The translations under genes were made by a program, and so were the position numbers. From Betaproteobacteria bacterium (lineage in GTDB: Bacteria > Pseudomonadota > Gammaproteobacteria > Burkholderiales > SG8-41), in assembly GCA_947476215.1 (NCBI GenBank), contig CANJQI010000004.1:490-64489 (forward strand): a stretch of 64,000 nucleotides of DNA, read 5' to 3'. Under the pieces are notes generated by a model that was not told the origin of the DNA, did not search any database, and saw nothing but the letters and a program-made list of their open reading frames with translations. Shown in pieces: positions 46,430-56,158 of this stretch; within the stretch, counting starts at the first letter, position 1; every line of letters starts with the position of its first letter.

Positions 46430-46708
46430 ATGCGCGACGCCGCCATCAACCTGCGGGCACGTCCCGATCAGCGGGAATTGATCGATCAGGCCGCGCAGCT
46501 GCTCGGCAAGAACCGCTCCGACTTCATGCTCGAAGCCGCCTGCGACAAAGCTCAGTCGGTGCTGCTCGATCAGGTATTTTTCAAATTGGATGTCGAGAAG
46601 TTCCGGCAGTTCACCAAGCTGCTCGACGCGCCACCAACACGCAATCCGGGGCTTGAGCGCCTCATGGCGGCCAAGGTCCCCTGGGGCAGGAAGTCCACGA
46701 AAGCCTGA
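46430..46708 (+). CDS. DUF1778 (TacA-like, RHH) antitoxin
   Basis: The ATG at 46430 after AGGAG gives MRDAAINLRARPDQRELIDQAAQLLGKNRSDFMLEAA. Confidence 0.8.
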   Translation: MRDAAINLRARPDQRELIDQAAQLLGKNRSDFMLEAACDKAQSVLLDQVFFKLDVEKFRQFTKLLDAPPTRNPGLERLMAAKVPWGRKSTKA

Positions 46709-46710
46709 GC

Positions 46711-47199
46711 TTGCAACTCGGTCCGCCGGAGCCCTTAGTGGCTGCACATCGACGGGATGACTTCGAGTGCGGCGAAGTCGTGCTCGATGAATGGCTCAAG
46801 CGCAGAGCATTGTCCAACCAGGCCAGCGGTGCAAGCCGCACCTTCGTCACCACCGATGAGGGCGGCTGCGTCCATGGTTACTACACCATGGCGCCCGGCG
46901 CCGTTTCGCACCAACTCGCAACGAGCGGCGTGCGACGCAACATGCCTGATCCGGTTCCCGTCATGGTGCTCGCCCGGCTCGCGGTCGATCACAGGGCGCA
47001 GGGATTGCACTTGGGCGCCGCCTTGCTGCAGGACGCGGTCAATCGCGCCGTGGCCGTATCGCAGAACGCGGGCGTCAGAGCCCTGCTCGTGCATGCTCTT
47101 CACGAAAAGGCCAGGCAGTTCTACGAGCACTACGGGTTTCAGCCCTCGCCGACGCACCCGATGACGTTCATGCTGCGCTTGAGCAGCGTGAAGGCGTAG
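46711..47199 (+). CDS. GNAT-family acetyltransferase toxin (TacT-like)
   Basis: 162 aa. The DFECGEVVLDEWLKRRA motif is typical of TacT partners of DUF1778, and a GNAT core is present (RLAVDHRAQGLHLGAALL). Confidence 0.8.
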   Translation: MQLGPPEPLVAAHRRDDFECGEVVLDEWLKRRALSNQASGASRTFVTTDEGGCVHGYYTMAPGAVSHQLATSGVRRNMPDPVPVMVLARLAVDHRAQGLHLGAALLQDAVNRAVAVSQNAGVRALLVHALHEKARQFYEHYGFQPSPTHPMTFMLRLSSVKA

Positions 47200-47229
47200 C
47201 GGAATCACGCCTGCGATTCTCGCCACCCC

Positions 47230-47306
47230 TTGCTACCGTTGCTACTCCTGCTACCGATCAACGTCCGCGCCGGGCAACGGTAGCAAGAGTAGCAACAGCA
47301 GCAGCA
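47230..47306. repeat. hairpin element with arms of tandem GCTAC-containing 9-mers
   Basis: The left arm TTGCTACCGTTGCTACTCCTGCTACCG and right arm CGGTAGCAAGAGTAGCAACAGCAGCAGCA are inverted, with 18 of 19 inner positions pairing. The loop is 21 nt and begins ATCAACG. Confidence 0.6.
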
Positions 47307-47361
47307 CCCTCGGGCGCGAGAATGGCTTGACTTTATATGGTGTTTCCGCCATATTCTTGAA

Positions 47362-47742
47362 ATGTCTGGTGCCGCCATCAAACCCGTCTCATGGATCGGT
47401 TCGAGCTACAGGGACTTCCGGGAATTTCCGGATCCCGTGCAGGACGCGATGGGCTACGCGTTGTATCAGGCGCAGATCGGCCTGAAGCATGGCAGCGCCA
47501 AACCGCTCAAGGGCTTCGGTGGGGCGGGCGTGCTGGAGATTGTTGCCGACCATGTGGGCGACACATTCCGGGCGGTGTACACGGTCAAGTTCGTGACGGC
47601 GATCTATGTCCTGCACGCCTTCCAGAAGAAGTCGAAGTCGGGAATCAAGACCACGACCGAAGACATGGAATTGATCCAGCGCCGGCTCAAGGCAGCCGAT
47701 GCAGATTACAAGGCGCAGCTTGAAAAAGGAAAAGCATCATGA
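47362..47742 (+). CDS. RelE/HigB-superfamily toxin, phage Gp49-like (DUF891)
   Basis: 126 aa with SWIGSSYRDFREFPDPVQ, GAGVLEIV and YVLHAFQKKSKSGIKT motifs. It overlaps the next gene by 4 nt. Confidence 0.75.
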   Translation: MSGAAIKPVSWIGSSYRDFREFPDPVQDAMGYALYQAQIGLKHGSAKPLKGFGGAGVLEIVADHVGDTFRAVYTVKFVTAIYVLHAFQKKSKSGIKTTTEDMELIQRRLKAADADYKAQLEKGKAS

Positions 47743-48083
47743 AAAAAGATCCGGATACCCGCATCAAGCGCGGCACGAAGAACGTTTTTGCCGATCTCGG
47801 ATTCCCCGACGCTGAAACCCATCTGCTTAAAGCGGAACTGGTGACCCGCATTCAGGGGGTCATCACCGCGCAAGAGCTAACGCAGGTCGCGGCGGCCAAA
47901 CGCATGGGCCTCAGTCAGCCGGACGTTTCGCGGCTGCTCAATGGGCAATTCCGCGACGTGTCTGTCGAGCGCCTGATGCGTCTGCTGACGCGACTCGGCT
48001 GCGACGTCGACATCACCATCCGTAACCATGGGAAAGCGGCGGCGCCTCGGGACACGATCCGGTTAGTAGCCGCCACGGTATAA
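47739..48083 (+). CDS. XRE-family HTH antitoxin (HigA-like)
   Basis: 114 aa. NVFADLGFPDAE and TQVAAAKRMGLSQPDVSRLLNGQF form the HTH. Confidence 0.75.
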   Translation: MKKDPDTRIKRGTKNVFADLGFPDAETHLLKAELVTRIQGVITAQELTQVAAAKRMGLSQPDVSRLLNGQFRDVSVERLMRLLTRLGCDVDITIRNHGKAAAPRDTIRLVAATV

Positions 48084-48335
48084 CGCCACAGTAGTAACAG
48101 CCCAAGGTCACTCCCGGTCAACCAGCAGCGCCGGATTGATCGCCACGCACCGCCGGCGTCCGTCTTTCTCCATCCGGGCCCGGCCACGCTCGGCGAGGAT
48201 GGCGAGCGCGGCGCGCAGGTCTGCGCCAGTCGCATCGTCACTACGGGCTTCGCCGGTAGTGACGATGCGCGCAAATGGCAAACACCGCACAGGGTCCGGG
48301 AGGAATAATGCCGCGCCCGCGCCCCTTCCGGGTCG

Positions 48336-48770
48336 TCAGGCAGCGACGCGTTCGGTCTGCCGGCGAACGCGCGGTGCCGGTTTGTCGCCGAAGCCGATAT
48401 CCAGGGTCAGATTGACGCAACGGGCGACGGCCACGGGTTTCACGGCACGCCGTCCGCGGCCCTGCGATCCCTCTTCCAAGCGCACCAATCCGTAATTCGC
48501 CATGGTGCGCAAGGTGCGGGACAAATTGCTTGCCTTGCGTCCTGTCATCTGCTCCAGGTCGGCAATGGATCCGGGCTGCTTGTCGTAGATGAGTCGCAAC
48601 AAATCGCGGTTCTCGTCGGACAGCACGGTCGCAAAAGACTTGATCGCCGTAAACCAGATCCTGGGCTCCGTCGATTTGCGCTTGTAGGTGCCTTTGGCGA
48701 TGGCCAAGGTGTAATCGCGCACGCGCTCCAACGGCATGATGCCGACGCGGATGGCTTTGACGATGCTCAT
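48336..48770 (-). CDS. winged-helix (MarR-like, COG4190-type) putative transcriptional regulator
   Basis: 144 aa with WFTAIKSFATVLSDENRDLLRLI and IADLEQMTGRKASNLSRTLRTMANYGLVRLE. Assigned by recollection of the family pattern. Confidence 0.6.
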   Translation of the reverse strand: MSIVKAIRVGIMPLERVRDYTLAIAKGTYKRKSTEPRIWFTAIKSFATVLSDENRDLLRLIYDKQPGSIADLEQMTGRKASNLSRTLRTMANYGLVRLEEGSQGRGRRAVKPVAVARCVNLTLDIGFGDKPAPRVRRQTERVAA

Positions 48771-48967
48771 AACGACGAATCCGGCCTATGGGATCGACGG
48801 TCGGAACCACGGGACATGATTTACATTATCACTCAGAGATAGGTTTAACAATGCCGTTCCGCTATTCCGGCAGACCGTGGCGGGACGATGAAACTCCCTT
48901 GATCTGTTCGCCGAGGTGTTGGACAGGAAGAATGCGGTGGCGGGGTATGCGCAGGTCAGGCAGCGGC

Positions 48968-50059
48968 TCAGACGTTGAAGCGGAAATGCATGACGTCGCC
49001 GTCGCGCACTATGTATTCCTTGCCTTCCAGCCGCATCTTGCCGGCTTCTTTCGCGCCGTGCTCGCCTTTGAATTTGACGTAGTCGTCGAAGGCTATAACT
49101 TCGGCGCGTATGAATCCTTTTTCGAAATCGGTATGGATTACGCCTGCGGCCTGCGGCGCGGTGTCGCCTTTGTGCATGGTCCATGCGCGCACCTCTTTTG
49201 GTCCCGCCGTGAAATAGGTCTGCAGGCCCAGCAATTCGTACGCGGCGCGTATCAAGCGGTTCAGCCCGGGCTCCTTGAGACCCACGTCGGCGAGAAATAC
49301 CTGTTTGTCCTCTTCGGACATGTCGGCTATTTCGGCTTCCAGCGCGGCGCATATGGCAACCACTGGTGCGTGTTCCCTGGCGGCGTGTTCGCGAACCTTG
49401 TCGAGCAGCGGATTGTTCTCGAAACCTTTATCGTCAACGTTGGCGACGTAAATAGCGGGCTTGGCTGTCATCAGGCATAACGGCTTGATCAACAGCAACT
49501 CTTCCTTTTCCAGCTTGAGTGCGCGCACCGGTTGGCCCTGATCGAGTTGCGCACGCACGCGTTCCAGCAGCGCGGCGAGTTTGATTGCGTCCTTGTCGCC
49601 GGCTTTCGCGGTCTTGGCCGCGCGCTGTATGCCTTTTTCGACGGTCTCCAGATCCGCCAGCGCGAGTTCAGTGTGTATAGTTTCAATGTCGGACAGGGGA
49701 TCGACCTTGCCGGTGACGTGAATGACGTTTTCATTTTCGAAACATCTCACCATGTTGACGATGCCATCGGTCTCGCGAATATTGGCCAGAAACTTGTTAC
49801 CCAGGCCTTCGCCCTTGGATGCGCCCGCGACCAGCCCCGCGATATCGACGAACTCGACCACCGCCGGTATGGTTTTTTCGGGCTTGGCGATATCCACCAG
49901 CGGCTGCAGCCGCGGGTCGGGCACTTCAACGATACCGACGTTGGGCTCTATGGTACAAAACGGATAGTTTTCCGCGGCGATACCGGCCTTGGTCAACGCG
50001 TTGAAGAGCGTCGATTTGCCGACGTTGGGCAATCCGACAATTCCACACTTAAGGCTCAT
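48968..50059 (-). CDS. ychF: redox-regulated ATPase YchF
   Basis: Start at the ATG at 50059: [23 protein letters not shown]. 363 aa. Confidence 0.93.
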   Translation of the reverse strand: MSLKCGIVGLPNVGKSTLFNALTKAGIAAENYPFCTIEPNVGIVEVPDPRLQPLVDIAKPEKTIPAVVEFVDIAGLVAGASKGEGLGNKFLANIRETDGIVNMVRCFENENVIHVTGKVDPLSDIETIHTELALADLETVEKGIQRAAKTAKAGDKDAIKLAALLERVRAQLDQGQPVRALKLEKEELLLIKPLCLMTAKPAIYVANVDDKGFENNPLLDKVREHAAREHAPVVAICAALEAEIADMSEEDKQVFLADVGLKEPGLNRLIRAAYELLGLQTYFTAGPKEVRAWTMHKGDTAPQAAGVIHTDFEKGFIRAEVIAFDDYVKFKGEHGAKEAGKMRLEGKEYIVRDGDVMHFRFNV

Positions 50060-50640
50060 TTGGGTTTCTTCTCTTTGGTATGTAATTTCAGCATTGCTGC
50101 TTCGTGCCGGTTTTCGGAGAGCAGGGGCCACACATCGAGGCCGTGCGCAAGGGCGTCATCAATGAGCCGTTGTTCCTCGGCGCGCGGCGTGTGCAGCACG
50201 TAGTCGACGACTTCCTGTTCGGTGGCGGTATCGCGCGGATGGCCGACGCCCAATCGAAGGCGCCAGAAATCCTTGGTGCCCAGACATTCGATGATGTCCT
50301 TGACGCCATTGTGTCCGCTCGCACCGCCACCGGACTTAAGGCGTGCCTCGCCCGGCGCCAGATCGAGTTCGTCGTGCACGACCAGAATTTCGGCGGGTGC
50401 TATCCGGTAGAACGTCGCCAGCGCCGCCACGGCACGCCCCGAGTTGTTCATGAAGGTGTCCGGCATCAGTAACCACGTACCGGATGCCGGAATTTTCGCC
50501 ACGCGTCCGTGAAATTTGCTGTCGCCGCGAAATTCAGCGTGCGCCGCGTGCGCAAGCTGCTCAACCCACCAGTAACCTGCGTTATGTCGTGTACGTCTGT
50601 ATTTTTCGCCCGGGTTACCGAGTCCGACGACCAGTTTCAT
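50056..50640 (-). CDS. pth: peptidyl-tRNA hydrolase
   Basis: Start at the ATG at 50640: [22 protein letters not shown]. Its stop overlaps the ychF start (ATGA). Confidence 0.92.
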   Translation of the reverse strand: MKLVVGLGNPGEKYRRTRHNAGYWWVEQLAHAAHAEFRGDSKFHGRVAKIPASGTWLLMPDTFMNNSGRAVAALATFYRIAPAEILVVHDELDLAPGEARLKSGGGASGHNGVKDIIECLGTKDFWRLRLGVGHPRDTATEQEVVDYVLHTPRAEEQRLIDDALAHGLDVWPLLSENRHEAAMLKLHTKEKKPK

Positions 50641-50724
50641 GGATCTACCGTCAAGCAACCAAAATACAGATCAAGGCAAAGAGACAGGCCGTCCCGCGAT
50701 TCCATCGCGAATCAGCGGTCGGAA

Positions 50725-50781
50725 TAAAAAAGGCCCGCCATATTCTGTCCGCTGTACGCAAACAAACAATAGGACGGGCCC
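50725..50781 (-). terminator. possible rho-independent terminator after rplY
   Basis: On the minus strand, GGCCCG...CGGGCC followed by UUUUUU. The interior is large and partly paired, so the structure is not compact. Confidence 0.35.
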
Positions 50782-50803
50782 GTGTACCGACGAGAGTCCC
50801 TGG

Positions 50804-51520
50804 TTATTCCTTCTTGCCGGACTCTTTCTTGTCGCCGCCGCCTTTTTTGTCGTCTTTTCCGGCAGCTTTGCCGGCGCCAGCAGCTTCAGTTGCCTCTGCC
50901 TGGCCCGTGATCTTCGTAACCGGCGCGGCGGCGGCTTCATCAACCGCAACCACCTTCGGCACATGCACGGTAACAACCCCGGGGTTTTCCTTCTTCAGAC
51001 GTGGGATGGGTCCGACGCCCTTAGGCAGGGGCAGATCGTTGACGTGCAGGGTATGACCGAGTTCAAGCTTGTCGAGATTGACTTCGACATACTCGGGCAG
51101 ATCATCCGGCAGGCACGAGATCTCGAGATCATTCAGCACGTGGTTGACCACGCCGCCGCCCTGCTTGACGCCGGGACAAATCTCGGCGTTGATAAAGTGC
51201 AGCGGCACTTTCATGTGGATTTTCTTGTTCTTGTCTATCCGCTGAAAGTCGACATGCAGCACTAACTGCCGGAACGGGTGCATCTGAACATCGCGCAGCA
51301 ACACCTGTTGCTTGTTGCCCTCGTACGTCATATCCAGGATGGAGGCGTGAAATGCTTCCATCTTGAGGTGATGGTACAAGGCCTGGTGATCGAGTTCGAT
51401 CGGTTGCGCGGGCAAATTGGCGCCATAAACGATACCCGGCACCTTGCCGCCGCCACGCAGACGGCGGCTCGCACCCGTTCCCTGCAGTGTGCGCGGAAAT
51501 GCATTAAATTCAATTTTCAT
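50804..51520 (-). CDS. rplY: 50S ribosomal protein L25 / general stress protein Ctc
   Basis: Start at the ATG at 51520 after GGAGA: [33 protein letters not shown]. Lys/Ala-rich tail. Confidence 0.9.
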   Translation of the reverse strand: MKIEFNAFPRTLQGTGASRRLRGGGKVPGIVYGANLPAQPIELDHQALYHHLKMEAFHASILDMTYEGNKQQVLLRDVQMHPFRQLVLHVDFQRIDKNKKIHMKVPLHFINAEICPGVKQGGGVVNHVLNDLEISCLPDDLPEYVEVNLDKLELGHTLHVNDLPLPKGVGPIPRLKKENPGVVTVHVPKVVAVDEAAAAPVTKITGQAEATEAAGAGKAAGKDDKKGGGDKKESGKKE

Positions 51521-51575
51521 TACAGTCTCCACAATTTGGATCATCCGCGACCAGACGATCCAGGTTACAAAAAGC

Positions 51576-51603
51576 AGTGATGAGTGATGAGTGATGAGTG
51601 ATG
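51576..51603. repeat. tandem heptamer array (AGTGATG)x4 followed by AACCAACC
   Basis: Four perfect units lie between prs and rplY. AACCAACC at 51610..51617 is shared with the element at 61054..61116. Confidence 0.8.
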
Positions 51604-51687
51604 AGTTGGAACCAACCCAGCATTCAGCAGCCAATTTTCAACGCTGCACCAAAAACAAAATGCACAACCAAATATTCGAATCGTTTG

Positions 51688-52638
51688 CTATTCGACGAAC
51701 AGGGAGCTTACTGAATCCTCGTTGCTGATACGCAGCATGGTCTCGGCCAACAGGCCGGCGATCGTCACCATGCGTATGCGGCTGCACTTTTCGCCCTCCG
51801 GACTCAGCGGAATGGTGTCGGTCACCACCAGTTCGTCGAGCGCCGATGTCGAAATGCGCTCTACCGCCTTGCCCGACAACACCGGGTGCGCGCAATAGGC
51901 AATCACCTTTTGCGCGCCACGTTCCTTCAATGCCCTGGCACCTTTACACAGCGTATTGGCGGTATCGACCATGTCATCGACGATCACGCAGGTGCGGCCT
52001 TCGATTTCACCGATGATATTCATTACCGTTGCGACATTGGGTCGCGGCCGCCGTTTGTCTATGATGGCAAGGTCCGCATCCAGCCGCTTCGCGAGCGCAC
52101 GGGCGCGAACCACGCCCCCCACGTCGGGCGATACCACAACCAGGTTCTGATAGTCATTTTTCCATACATCGCTAAGCAGTATCGGTCCAGAGTAAATATT
52201 GTCGACCGGGATATCGAAAAAACCCTGAATCTGCTCGGAATGCAGGTCCATCGTCAGTACACGGTGGACGCCTACCGACGCCAGCATGTTGGCGACCACC
52301 TTGGCCGTGATCGGCACCCGGGCGGAACTCGGCCGGCGGTCCTGACGCGCATACCCCATATACGGAATGGTGGCGGTGATCCGCGCCGCGGATGCGCGCT
52401 TCAACGCATCCACCATCACCAGCAGTTCCATCAGATTGTCGTTGGGCGGCGAACAAATCGACTGCAGTACGAATACGTCCTTGCCGCGGACATTCTCCAG
52501 TATCTCGACCATGACTTCGCCATCGCTGAAGCGGCCTACTTTAGCCTTGCCAAGGTGGATATTCAGGTGGCGTACGACATCGGCGGCGAGTTTCGGCGTC
52601 GCACTGCCGGCAAACACCATCAGACGGTCGTACGGCAT
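51688..52638 (-). CDS. prs: ribose-phosphate pyrophosphokinase
   Basis: 316 aa with GYARQDRR and [14 protein letters not shown] motifs. Confidence 0.93.
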   Translation of the reverse strand: MPYDRLMVFAGSATPKLAADVVRHLNIHLGKAKVGRFSDGEVMVEILENVRGKDVFVLQSICSPPNDNLMELLVMVDALKRASAARITATIPYMGYARQDRRPSSARVPITAKVVANMLASVGVHRVLTMDLHSEQIQGFFDIPVDNIYSGPILLSDVWKNDYQNLVVVSPDVGGVVRARALAKRLDADLAIIDKRRPRPNVATVMNIIGEIEGRTCVIVDDMVDTANTLCKGARALKERGAQKVIAYCAHPVLSGKAVERISTSALDELVVTDTIPLSPEGEKCSRIRMVTIAGLLAETMLRISNEDSVSSLFVE

Positions 52639-52707
52639 GCCGTATCACCCCTTATCAAAGTCTCGCAAATTCGCGATGACGAACTCGCACGGAACGCTAC
52701 AACAATC

Positions 52708-52782
52708 TGGCTGGGGAGGTAGGGATCGAACCTACGAATGCCGGAATCAAAATCCGGTGCCTTACCACTTGGCGACTCCCCA
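52708..52782 (-). tRNA. tRNA-Gln (anticodon UUG)
   Basis: It folds by hand into a cloverleaf: acceptor UGGGGAG/CUCCCCA, anticodon stem CCGGA/UCCGG with loop UUUUGAU, T-arm GUAGG-UUCGAUC-CCUAC, and an encoded CCA. Confidence 0.93.
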
Positions 52783-52828
52783 TTTGTTCAAAAAACTTTT
52801 GCTGCGCAGTTCGGGCACTACCACTACC

Positions 52829-53659
52829 CTAAGCACACATCTCCCACAGCGGGTGACGATCCAGCCCCCGCGCCACCACGCCGCGCATCGTCGCCGGTAA
52901 CTGATGCTGTACGGATCGCGCCTCGGCTTCCGACACAAACTCCGCAAATACACAGGCACCGGATCCCGTCATCCGCGCCACACCGAATTGTCTGAGCCAC
53001 GTCAGGTGCCTCGCGACCTCCGGAAACTGCCGGCAAACAACGGGTTCAAGATCGTTGCGCATTGCATCAACGGAAAAGGGCGGTATTCTAATCGGATTCG
53101 AATCTCTAATCAAATCTGGGTCTTGGAACACTTGCGCGGTTGTCACCGCGACCGGCGGTATTAACACCAGATACCACGCAGGGGACAGGGTCAAAGGGCT
53201 GAGCTTCTCGCCTATGCCACGCGCCTCGGCCAATTGCCCGAAGACGAAAACCGGGACATCGGCACCCAGATCCAGCGCCAGTTCCTGCAGGCGTGCACGC
53301 GGCCAGTTCACTCCCCATAGTTTGTTCAAAACGATCAGCGTGGTCGCGGCGTCCGAACTGCCACCGCCCAGCCCACCGCCTATCGGAAGCCGCTTCTTGA
53401 GCGTGATGTCCACGCCATGCCGGACCCCGCCTGCCTTTTGCAACAAGCGCGCTGCGCGCAGCGTCAAATCGTCGCTGTCCGGCACGCCTGCGACGTCGGT
53501 CGCGCGAGCCACTGCACCATCGTCGCGCAGCGCAAAATGCAGCGTGTCCCCGAAATCAATAAAACGGAATACGGTTTGCAGCAGGTGATAGCCGTCGGCG
53601 CGCCGGCCGGTCACCAGCAGCATCAGGTTCAGTTTGGCGGGCGCCGAATAGCCTTTCAT
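52829..53659 (-). CDS. ispE: 4-diphosphocytidyl-2-C-methyl-D-erythritol kinase
   Basis: 276 aa with PAKLNLMLLVTGRRADGYH and a GHMP motif (PIGGGLGGGSSDAA). Confidence 0.9.
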   Translation of the reverse strand: MKGYSAPAKLNLMLLVTGRRADGYHLLQTVFRFIDFGDTLHFALRDDGAVARATDVAGVPDSDDLTLRAARLLQKAGGVRHGVDITLKKRLPIGGGLGGGSSDAATTLIVLNKLWGVNWPRARLQELALDLGADVPVFVFGQLAEARGIGEKLSPLTLSPAWYLVLIPPVAVTTAQVFQDPDLIRDSNPIRIPPFSVDAMRNDLEPVVCRQFPEVARHLTWLRQFGVARMTGSGACVFAEFVSEAEARSVQHQLPATMRGVVARGLDRHPLWEMCA

Positions 53660-54222
53660 GGCTGCCCGGACGTGAGACTGTCAATGACGAGCCGGATATC
53701 GGCGGCGTCTGCGGCCACATGGATGCGCGAAATCCGGATGGCCTCGGAGTCGGCGTAGCTGAATTCAATACGCAATGCATCCTGGCGAAACCGGACTATA
53801 CGGCCCGCCTCATCGCGCTCCATGTCACGCACTGACATTCCCGGCGCCGTTACACCCCGGACCCAATAGCGCAATCCGCCGACCGGAAACGCCCAGCCCA
53901 AGGCGCTGCGCGTAAGGCTTTCTATGGAACTCGCGCGATATTGCCTTTGATCGGCGGCAGTCAGTATTGCGCCGTCAGCATCGGCGCGCAAATGGGCCAT
54001 GGCCTGGCCTAGCGGCGTGCTCAGCCAGATCTCGTCACCATCGGGGGTCTGTTTCCAGCGCAATGCACTGGAAAAAACACGTTCCTGATAGCGCGCCGCG
54101 ACCCGCCCGCTGAGATCAAATGCGGGCGCGGGAGCAACATTCGGCGAGTGGGGGCCGGTACCGGCGCATGCAGCCAGCAAAAAAAACGCGAGCGCTATGC
54201 CGCAGCGTGTAGTGTTTATCAT
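53656..54222 (-). CDS. lolB: outer-membrane lipoprotein LolB
   Basis: 188 aa with a lipobox (LLAACAG). Conserved position upstream of ispE, overlapping it by 4 nt. Confidence 0.8.
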   Translation of the reverse strand: MINTTRCGIALAFFLLAACAGTGPHSPNVAPAPAFDLSGRVAARYQERVFSSALRWKQTPDGDEIWLSTPLGQAMAHLRADADGAILTAADQRQYRASSIESLTRSALGWAFPVGGLRYWVRGVTAPGMSVRDMERDEAGRIVRFRQDALRIEFSYADSEAIRISRIHVAADAADIRLVIDSLTSGQP

Positions 54223-54249
54223 GTCGAACGCAGCGCCGCGGCGCGACTG

Positions 54250-56007
54250 TCAGTCTGAAAACTTTTTTACCGTGGCCAACAATACTTCGTTGGTGGGGTT
54301 TTCTTTCAGGGCAGTGTTCCATACTTTACGGGCCTCATCCTTCTGCCCCATAACCCATAGCACTTCGCCCAGGTGCGCCGCAATTTCCGCATCAGGTCGC
54401 AGTGAAAACGCGCGTTTAAGAAATGTAACCGCCGCGTCATTCTGGGCCATGCGATACAGCACCCACCCCATGCTGTCCATGATAAACGGGTCTTCGGGTG
54501 CGAGCTTCAATCCCTGTTCGATCAGGGTGTAAGCTTCCTGCAGGCGTATGTTGCGGTCGGCAAAGGCATAACCCAGCGCATTGTAAGCGTGGGCGTGATC
54601 GGGTTTGATCTGCATAACCTTGCGCAGACTCGATTCAAGCAAGTCGAAGCGCTCGACTTTCTCCGCCGCCATGGCCTGATCATAGAGCAGCTCGGGCGAG
54701 TTTGGATGCTTTTCGACCGCCTGACCCAGCACCTCGTATGCGCCACGGAAATCGTTGGCGTCGCGCAATAGCTGCGCTTCCGCCTGTACAAACTGTGTGC
54801 CCTGCTGCGCATCGCTGCTCGGCGACTCCTGCAGATATTTTCGCGCTTCGGCCATTTTTCCCTGCTTGGCCAGGATGGCGGCGTAGCGGGCACGCGCCGG
54901 CACGTACTGCGCACCACCTTCAACGCTGCCGTACCAGCGCAGCGCCTCATTCGGCGTCTTGCGCTCCTCGTTGAGTTGCCCGAGGTAGTAACGCACGGCA
55001 TCCGGATCCTTGTGATTGGTCGCCAGTGCGTGCATAAACTGCTTTTCCGCCGCTGCGTAATCGTTCAACTGCAGCGACAGCAACGCGACCGCCATCGTGA
55101 CCTCTGAATTATCCGGAAACTGCTTGAGCAGAGTTTCAAACTCACCGCGCGCCGCGGGGTATTCCTTCTCGGTCGCCAGCAATCGTGCAAGCGCAAGCCT
55201 GACATCCGCCGCAAGCGGATAATTCTTGAGATAACCCCGAAAATAGGAGAGCGCGTCTGCATTTGAATTTCGCTGCAACAATTGCCCCTGGAACAGTGCT
55301 GCCTGTTCCCATTCAGGGCGCAGCTTGAGGGCCGTGCGGACTTCGTTCATCGCAAGTTCACCCTGACCGGCAGACCACGCCGCCTGGGCAATACCGAAGT
55401 GTGCCTCCGGCAAACTTGGGTACGGTTGCGCGAGATTCTGCATCAGCAGCATTACGGCAGCTTTATCCGGATGGCGTGCGAACAGCGAATTGAGCTGCAA
55501 AAAATTGTTGCCGACGTTTTCTTTGTCCGCGGCAAGCGACTTCTCCAGGTGCGGCAACGCGTCAGCCAGACGCGGCTGGTTTACGAGCAGTGTGGCCAGC
55601 ACTTGCCGGGCCTGCTGCGAGTCCGGGTCCGCGGCAAGCCATATACCAGCGGTTTCCACCGCAACGCCCAAAAAGCGCGCGTTCCACGCGATTTCCGTGG
55701 CACGCTGCGCGATACGCGGGTCGCGCGTTTCACGCGTCAATTCGAGGTACGCCTGGACCGCGACATTGGCCTGCCCGCGCTGCAAGGCGATTTCGGCAAG
55801 TAAAGACTTGAACAGTATCGCCTGGCTCAGTTCCTGACTGGGCAAATTCTGCGGTTTGGCAGGCGCACGCGCGACAACCCGCGGTTTGGGCGACGGCGTA
55901 TCGGCGGTTGACTGTACTCGCGAGTCGCCAGGCTGCACTGATTGTTGGGCACAAGCTGCCAGCGACAGCACTACCACTAACGCTGCAATTTTCAGGAATT
56001 TTGTCAT
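54250..56007 (-). CDS. tetratricopeptide-repeat lipoprotein
   Basis: Start at the ATG at 56007 (MTKFLKIAALVVVLSLAACAQ), followed by many TPR units. Confidence 0.8.
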   Translation of the reverse strand: MTKFLKIAALVVVLSLAACAQQSVQPGDSRVQSTADTPSPKPRVVARAPAKPQNLPSQELSQAILFKSLLAEIALQRGQANVAVQAYLELTRETRDPRIAQRATEIAWNARFLGVAVETAGIWLAADPDSQQARQVLATLLVNQPRLADALPHLEKSLAADKENVGNNFLQLNSLFARHPDKAAVMLLMQNLAQPYPSLPEAHFGIAQAAWSAGQGELAMNEVRTALKLRPEWEQAALFQGQLLQRNSNADALSYFRGYLKNYPLAADVRLALARLLATEKEYPAARGEFETLLKQFPDNSEVTMAVALLSLQLNDYAAAEKQFMHALATNHKDPDAVRYYLGQLNEERKTPNEALRWYGSVEGGAQYVPARARYAAILAKQGKMAEARKYLQESPSSDAQQGTQFVQAEAQLLRDANDFRGAYEVLGQAVEKHPNSPELLYDQAMAAEKVERFDLLESSLRKVMQIKPDHAHAYNALGYAFADRNIRLQEAYTLIEQGLKLAPEDPFIMDSMGWVLYRMAQNDAAVTFLKRAFSLRPDAEIAAHLGEVLWVMGQKDEARKVWNTALKENPTNEVLLATVKKFSD

Positions 56008-56158
56008 CAGGATTCGGAAAAAGCCGGGAAAGGGATGCCCGGACACGCGTTAGAGCGGATAATAGAACGTAAGTTCTTCATGAACCTGTACATATTAGGT
56101 ATATTTGGGATGTACTACAAGTCATCCGCACACTGCAACTGGCGCAATAACGAAAACC

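Noticed and set aside
48108-48338. The TGA stop of the COG4190-like gene (48338..48336) is in frame with a following 60-aa ORF (48108..48290). I considered read-through or a third Sec codon.
   Set aside because: No Cys or redox motif flanks the TGA. I saw no hairpin at SECIS distance. The regulator already has the full family length, and the downstream peptide has no recognisable domain. A same-frame arrangement is a 1-in-3 coincidence.
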